From: Escherichia coli | Lineage (GTDB): Bacteria; Pseudomonadota; Gammaproteobacteria; Enterobacterales; Enterobacteriaceae | Strand: one strand, 5' to 3' | Assembly: GCF_044647545.1 (NCBI RefSeq) | Contig: NZ_CP172818.1 | Length of the DNA stretch: 64,000 nucleotides | In this document: piece by piece, positions 59,016 to 64,000 of the stretch | Layout of the letters: each line of letters begins with the position of its first letter | Position numbering within the stretch: position 1 is the stretch's first letter | Notes under the pieces: model-generated | The model's database searches: none | What the model saw: the letters and a program-made list of their open reading frames with translations, nothing else | What the model was told of the DNA's origin: nothing | Position numbers and translations under genes: made by a program

Positions 59016-59747
59016 TTACTTCTGGAACCATTTGTTGTAGATGGTTTCGTAAGTGCCATCTTTCTTCACTTTTTCCAGCGCAGTGTTGAGTTTCTGCTGC
59101 AGTTCAGTGTTGCCCTGACGTACCGCGATGCCGAGACCAGTACCGAAGTAATCTTTATCGGTCACTTTATCGCCCACTGCCGCCAGTTTCGGGTTGTCTT
59201 TCAGCCACTCGGTGACCACTGCGGTGTCACCGAATACGCTGTCGATACGACCGTTTTGCAGATCCAGTTTTGCGTTCTGGTAGCTGTCATACGGAACGGT
59301 GGTGATTTCCGGGTGCTTATCCATAATGAACTTCTGGTGTGTCGTCCCGTTCTGAACGCCGACTTTTTTGCCTTTCAGCTGATCAACACTGGTGTATTTA
59401 CCCTGCTGACCCACAAACAGGGCAGAGTTGTCATAGTAAGGGGTGGTAAACAGCACCTGCTTTTCACGTTCTGGGGTGATATCCATCCCGGCCATCACCG
59501 CTTCCACGCGACGGAATTTCAGGCTTGGGATCAGGCTGTCAAATGCCTGGTTGGAGAAAGTGCAGGTTGCATCAATCTCTTTACACAGCGCTTGTGCCAG
59601 GTCGACGTCAAAACCAACGATCTGGTTGTTTGCATCAATCGATTCAAACGGAGGATAGGAGGCTTCGGTAGCAAAACGAATAGTTTCGGCAGCTGTGGCG
59701 GAAAGACTAAAACCTGCAATTAACGCGGCAATCAGAACTTTTTTCAT
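59016..59747 (-). CDS. artI: Arginine-binding periplasmic protein ArtI
   Basis: 243-aa ORF with signal peptide; paralogue of ArtJ. Confidence 0.95.
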   Translation of the reverse strand: MKKVLIAALIAGFSLSATAAETIRFATEASYPPFESIDANNQIVGFDVDLAQALCKEIDATCTFSNQAFDSLIPSLKFRRVEAVMAGMDITPEREKQVLFTTPYYDNSALFVGQQGKYTSVDQLKGKKVGVQNGTTHQKFIMDKHPEITTVPYDSYQNAKLDLQNGRIDSVFGDTAVVTEWLKDNPKLAAVGDKVTDKDYFGTGLGIAVRQGNTELQQKLNTALEKVKKDGTYETIYNKWFQK

Positions 59748-59764
59748 TGTTGTTATCCCGAATA

Positions 59765-60493
59765 TTAGTGAGAGAGATAGTTTTTAAATGCTTCGGTTTG
59801 CGGCTCGGTAAAGCAGCTCGCGTCGCCTTGTTCTACGATATGACCGTTTTCCATATACACCACTCGGCTGGCGGTTTTACGCGCCACTTCAACTTCGTGG
59901 GTGACGATCACCTGGGTAATATTCGTTTCTGCCAACTCACGAATGATGCTGACGATTTGTGCCGTAATTTCCGGGTCCAGTGCGGCGGTCGGTTCATCGA
60001 ACAGCAGTACCTGCGGTTCCATCATCAACGCACGGGCAATAGCAACACGCTGCTGCTGACCACCAGAAAGATGCAGCGGGTAACGATCGCTATAAGGTTT
60101 GAGACGCAGACGTTCCAGCAGTTTTTCTGCACGGGCCAGCGCCTGATCTTTGCTCAACCCCAGTACACGGCAGGGCGCTTCAATCAGGTTTTGCTGCACG
60201 GTCAGATGCGGCCACAGGTTGTATTGCTGAAACACCATGCCAACGTTACGACGCAAATCGCGAATCGCTTTGTCAGAGGGTGTTTTGGTGAAATCGAAAT
60301 GGTTGCCTGCAATGTTGAGCGTACCGGAGCGCGGCATCTCAAGCAGATTGAGTACACGCAGCAGCGAGCTTTTCCCCGCGCCGCTGGGGCCAAGTAACAC
60401 CAGCGTTTCGCCCTGTGGGCAATCCAGCGTGATATCGAACAGCGCCTGATGCGCGCCGTAGAAGCAATTAATGCCGTTTAATTGAATACTCAT
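59765..60493 (-). CDS. artP: Arginine ABC transporter ATP-binding protein
   Basis: The track ORF extends to 60592; the recognised start is [18 protein letters not shown] at 60493 (242 aa); Walker [10 protein letters not shown]. Confidence 0.95.
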
Positions 60494-60710
60494 TGACACT
60501 CGTATACTGGCAGTCTGATAGCTATTGAGGTCGAAGATAGTACCTTTGACAGAATAATTATGCAATATTTCTGCTTTAAAAGTTAAAAGCAAAGCGCATT
60601 ATTCAATAAACATAGCACAAAATAACGGGGGCGGTGGTCGGCGAGCATAAATGTCGGCATTCCTCACGAAATGCCGGACAATTTACGGGGTTTATTGGTT
60701 GATCAAGGCG

Positions 60711-61226
60711 TTAGCGATTCTCGATGGACTGACGGAGCGTACCCGCTGTGGCATGAACGCTACCGCCTAAGTAGCGCACATCGTCGATGACCCAACACTG
60801 GCCTTCCTGAATCATTAACACTTCATCCTGCCAGCCCTGGTCACCCTGTTTGAGATCCACGCGCAATGGAATGTTACGGGCATCACGATTAGGGATAGTC
60901 GATGCACTGGCAACGTGGGCGCTGTCTGGCAAGGTGGTTCGACTGGAGAACGGATCGCTGCTTAACAATTCACGATGACTATTATCGCGGCTGGCATCGC
61001 TAAGTAGGGTTGCCAGTTTGTCACTCAAATAGGGGCGCAGGGCGGTAATGTCATTGCTACGATGTTGAATGCGGTAGTCATAGAATTGTTGAGCCACGCT
61101 GTCAGGGCCACCCTGGACACAGGAACCGGTGCGGGGGCCGTTATCTTTATAAGCTGGCGTGACGGTGGTACAGGCACTCAGCAGCAGTGCACATGGAATA
61201 AGTAGAGATAGTGAACGGTAGCGCAT
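60711..61226 (-). CDS. ybjP: Putative lipoprotein YbjP
   Basis: ORF with a lipoprotein signal peptide and lipobox (LLSACT); the likely start is MRYRSLSLLIPCALLLSAC at 61226. Confidence 0.85.
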   Translation of the reverse strand: MRYRSLSLLIPCALLLSACTTVTPAYKDNGPRTGSCVQGGPDSVAQQFYDYRIQHRSNDITALRPYLSDKLATLLSDASRDNSHRELLSSDPFSSRTTLPDSAHVASASTIPNRDARNIPLRVDLKQGDQGWQDEVLMIQEGQCWVIDDVRYLGGSVHATAGTLRQSIENR

Positions 61227-61305
61227 AATCATTTCCTTATTAGCTTGTTCTGAAAAATGGCGTTATACGATAATAGATGATATCCTTTCAATACCATCTT
61301 AAAAG

Positions 61306-61569
61306 CACAAAACAATACTTTATATTATAATAATAAAAATATATACTAATAATTAAAAAAATTAACATATACAACACATAATAAAAAAAAATAATAATTT
61401 AATATAAAAAAATAATTAAAAATTCTAAAAAACTTTAAATAATTTTAATAACAATCAAAATTATTAAATATTAAATCAAAAAAAAAAATTTTTAAAATAA
61501 AAAAAAAACAAATAAAAAAAATAATAATAAAACTATTAAATTATAAAAAAAAACAAATAATATTAAAAA
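61306..61569. other. Extreme A/T tract with no G on the + strand for about 264 bp, between ybjP and ybjQ; origin unclear
   Basis: Composition read directly: from about 61306 to 61569 the + strand carries no G and only sparse C; A/T-only repeats such as aataat, attaaa and A8-10 runs. Confidence 0.6.
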
Positions 61570-61629
61570 TGGCATATCAGTCCGATAATGCTTTAGAGAT
61601 CGAAGGCTTAACAAACAAGGAGATCGATC

Positions 61630-61953
61630 ATGCAATTTTCTACAACCCCAACTCTGGAAGGCCAGACCATCGTCGAATATTGCGGTGTGGTGACCGGCGA
61701 AGCGATTTTAGGTGCCAATATTTTCCGTGATTTCTTTGCTGGTATCCGCGATATCGTTGGCGGACGCTCCGGGGCTTATGAAAAAGAATTGCGTAAAGCG
61801 CGGGAGATCGCCTTTGAGGAGCTCGGCGATCAGGCCCGGGCGCTGGGGGCCGATGCCGTAGTCGGTATTGATATCGACTATGAAACGGTCGGGCAAAACG
61901 GCAGTATGCTGATGGTTAGCGTCAGCGGTACGGCGGTGAAAACGCGTCGATGA
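61630..61953 (+). CDS. ybjQ: UPF0145 family protein YbjQ
   Basis: 107-aa ORF ([28 protein letters not shown]...); matches YbjQ. Confidence 0.9.
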
Positions 61954-62780
61954 GAAGAGTCTTCTGGCTGGTCGCCGCCGCTCTGTTACTGGCAGGGTGT
62001 GCCGGCGAAAAGGGCATTGTCGAGAAAGAGGGATATCAGCTTGATACCCGACGCCAGGCGCAGGCGGCGTATCCGCGCATTAAAGTGCTGGTGATCCACT
62101 ACACCGCAGATGATTTTGATAGCTCGCTGGCGACACTGACCGATAAGCAGGTCAGCTCGCATTATCTGGTCCCTGCGGTACCACCGCGATACAACGGTAA
62201 ACCGCGCATCTGGCAACTGGTGCCGGAACAGGAACTGGCCTGGCATGCGGGGATTAGCGCCTGGCGCGGGGCAACGCGCCTTAACGACACCTCTATTGGC
62301 ATTGAGCTGGAAAACCGTGGCTGGCAGAAATCAGCCGGAGTGAAATATTTTGCCCCGTTTGAACCGGCACAGATTCAGGCGCTTATTCCACTGGCGAAAG
62401 ATATTATTGCCCGTTATCACATCAAGCCGGAAAACGTAGTGGCACATGCGGATATCGCCCCGCAGCGCAAAGACGATCCGGGGCCATTATTTCCCTGGCA
62501 GCAACTGGCGCAGCAGGGGATTGGTGCCTGGCCGGATGCGCAGCGGGTGAACTTTTACCTTGCCGGGCGCGCGCCGCACACACCGGTAGATACCGCGTCA
62601 TTGCTGGAGCTTTTGGCGCGCTACGGTTATGACGTTAAACCTGATATGACACCGCGCGAGCAGCGGCGCGTGATTATGGCGTTCCAGATGCATTTCCGCC
62701 CGACGTTATACAACGGCGAAGCGGATGCAGAAACTCAGGCGATTGCCGAAGCGTTGCTGGAGAAATACGGGCAGGATTAG
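61950..62780 (+). CDS. amiD: N-acetylmuramoyl-L-alanine amidase AmiD (lipoprotein; amidase_2/PGRP fold)
   Basis: 276-aa ORF with a lipoprotein signal (LLLAGCAG); overlaps the ybjQ stop; matches AmiD (YbjR). Confidence 0.9.
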
Positions 62781-63790
62781 CGCGGCAGTTTTCCGTGGTC
62801 GCGTAGCCAGGCGGCAGTTTTCTCGATACCTTCATCCAGGGTGAGGACTGGTTGATAACCTAACTCTTCCTGCGCACGCGTAATATCTAGCGTAAAGTCA
62901 AAATTCAACTTGGAGACGCCGTAGTGGGTCAGCGGCGGCTCTTTTGCTGACTTGCGGCCTAAACGCTCCATGCTGCGGGCGATCATATCCAGCATCGGGT
63001 AGGGGACGGAACGAATACGACAGTCAATATTCAATTCGTCGATCAGCTTCTGCACGATGCTGCGCAGTGTGCGATGTTCGCCGTTGGTGATGTTGTACAC
63101 ACGCCCGGAAGGTAGCTTATCGCAGGCTTCCTGGCTTGCCAGCCACATGGCGTGCACGGCATTTTCATAGTAGGTCATATCCACCAGCGCACTGCCGCCG
63201 TGCGGTAACAGAATGCTGCCATAGTGGTGCATCATATGCGCCAGACGGGGAATAAAGACTTTATCGTGCGGTCCGAACAGACTTTGTGGGCGCAGAATAG
63301 TAAAGCGCGTTTGTGGATTCGCCTGCGAAAGCATATTGATCACCTCTTCGCTGGCTGCTTTGCTGCGGGCAAACTCGTTGGCGAAGCGGTGAGGGCGAAA
63401 ATCTTCTTTAATATCGCGATGGTGGTGATAATCGAAGTACAGGGAGGGGGAAGAGATATGAATAAAGTTACGCACACCCCAGGCGACAGCCCATTCACCC
63501 AGGCGGCGAGTGGCGCGAACGTTAGCCAGATCGAAAGCCTGTTGTGTCCCCCAGGGCGAGGTAAAGCTGGAGCAGTGCCACAGCGTATCAATGCCCGCGA
63601 GCATCACTTTAGCTTGTGATGAGACCAGCTCGGTCAGATCCGCCGGAACAAACTCTGCGCCCATTTTTTCCAGCAATTTACCCATTGCCTCGTTGCGACC
63701 GGTCGCTCGCACGCTGATGCCTTTCTGGCATAAAAACTCTACCGCGTTTCGACCTAAGCCGCTGGTGGCGCCGGTAACCAGTACCTTCAT
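62777..63790 (-). CDS. ybjS: NAD(P)-dependent epimerase/dehydratase family protein
   Basis: The track ORF extends to 63853; the likely start is [20 protein letters not shown] (Rossmann GxxGxxG) at 63790. Confidence 0.85.
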   Translation of the reverse strand: MKVLVTGATSGLGRNAVEFLCQKGISVRATGRNEAMGKLLEKMGAEFVPADLTELVSSQAKVMLAGIDTLWHCSSFTSPWGTQQAFDLANVRATRRLGEWAVAWGVRNFIHISSPSLYFDYHHHRDIKEDFRPHRFANEFARSKAASEEVINMLSQANPQTRFTILRPQSLFGPHDKVFIPRLAHMMHHYGSILLPHGGSALVDMTYYENAVHAMWLASQEACDKLPSGRVYNITNGEHRTLRSIVQKLIDELNIDCRIRSVPYPMLDMIARSMERLGRKSAKEPPLTHYGVSKLNFDFTLDITRAQEELGYQPVLTLDEGIEKTAAWLRDHGKLPR

Positions 63791-63888
63791 ATCAATCCAC
63801 TGTTGTTGAGAAAATGACGTGCGCATTCTTCCGTGATTTCCCCCATGATGCAATGGGAAACATGAAAGAATAACGCAGGTTTTGTCGA

Positions 63889-64000
63889 TTAATCTGTGCT
63901 TTGTTCTGCCAGTCTGGCGATTTGTTTTGCCATTCCGCGAAAAATAAACAGATGCGCGGGGATCATCAATAACCAGTAAAACAGCCCCGGCATACCGTGC
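63889..64000 (-). CDS. ybjT: 3' end of ybjT-like gene (partial; continues beyond window end)
   Basis: Minus-strand translation of the window end gives ...[36 protein letters not shown] with a stop at 63891..63889; assignment to ybjT is from gene order only. Confidence 0.5.

Overview
This window reads as an Escherichia coli K-12-like core chromosome segment running from glnP/glnH to ybjS/ybjT, with gene order and protein sequences I recognise from memory: glnH, dps, rhtA, ompX, opgE, mntS, mntR, ybiR, ldtB, ybiT, ybiU, ybiV, ybiW, ybiY, fsaA, moeB, moeA, iaaA, gsiABCD, pdeI(yliE), dgcI(yliF), rimO, bssR, yliI, gstB, dacC, deoR, ybjG, mdfA, ybjH, ybjI, ybjJ, rcdA, rybB, ybjL, ybjM, grxA, ybjC, nfsA, rimK, ybjN, potFGHI, ybjO, rlmC, artJ, artMQIP, ybjP, ybjQ, amiD, ybjS. 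No rRNA, tRNA, CRISPR, IS element, integrase or phage module is visible. I do not see an intact, previously undescribed system. What stands out are four anomalies against the K-12 arrangement as I recall it: (1) about 3.3 kb between ybiT and ybiU (10553-13833) holding a heavily frameshifted LacI-type regulator, MFS transporter and 5' fragment of a GH31 glycosidase; (2) about 0.93 kb of homopolymer-rich, non-coding low-complexity sequence between dgcI and rimO (32775-33704); (3) a roughly 270 bp tract with no G on the + strand between ybjP and ybjQ; (4) a 1-bp deletion in an A-run that frameshifts dps. All gene names rest on recalled protein sequences and gene order, not on a database search. 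Small ORFs on the track that lie antisense to or inside these genes are treated as spurious.
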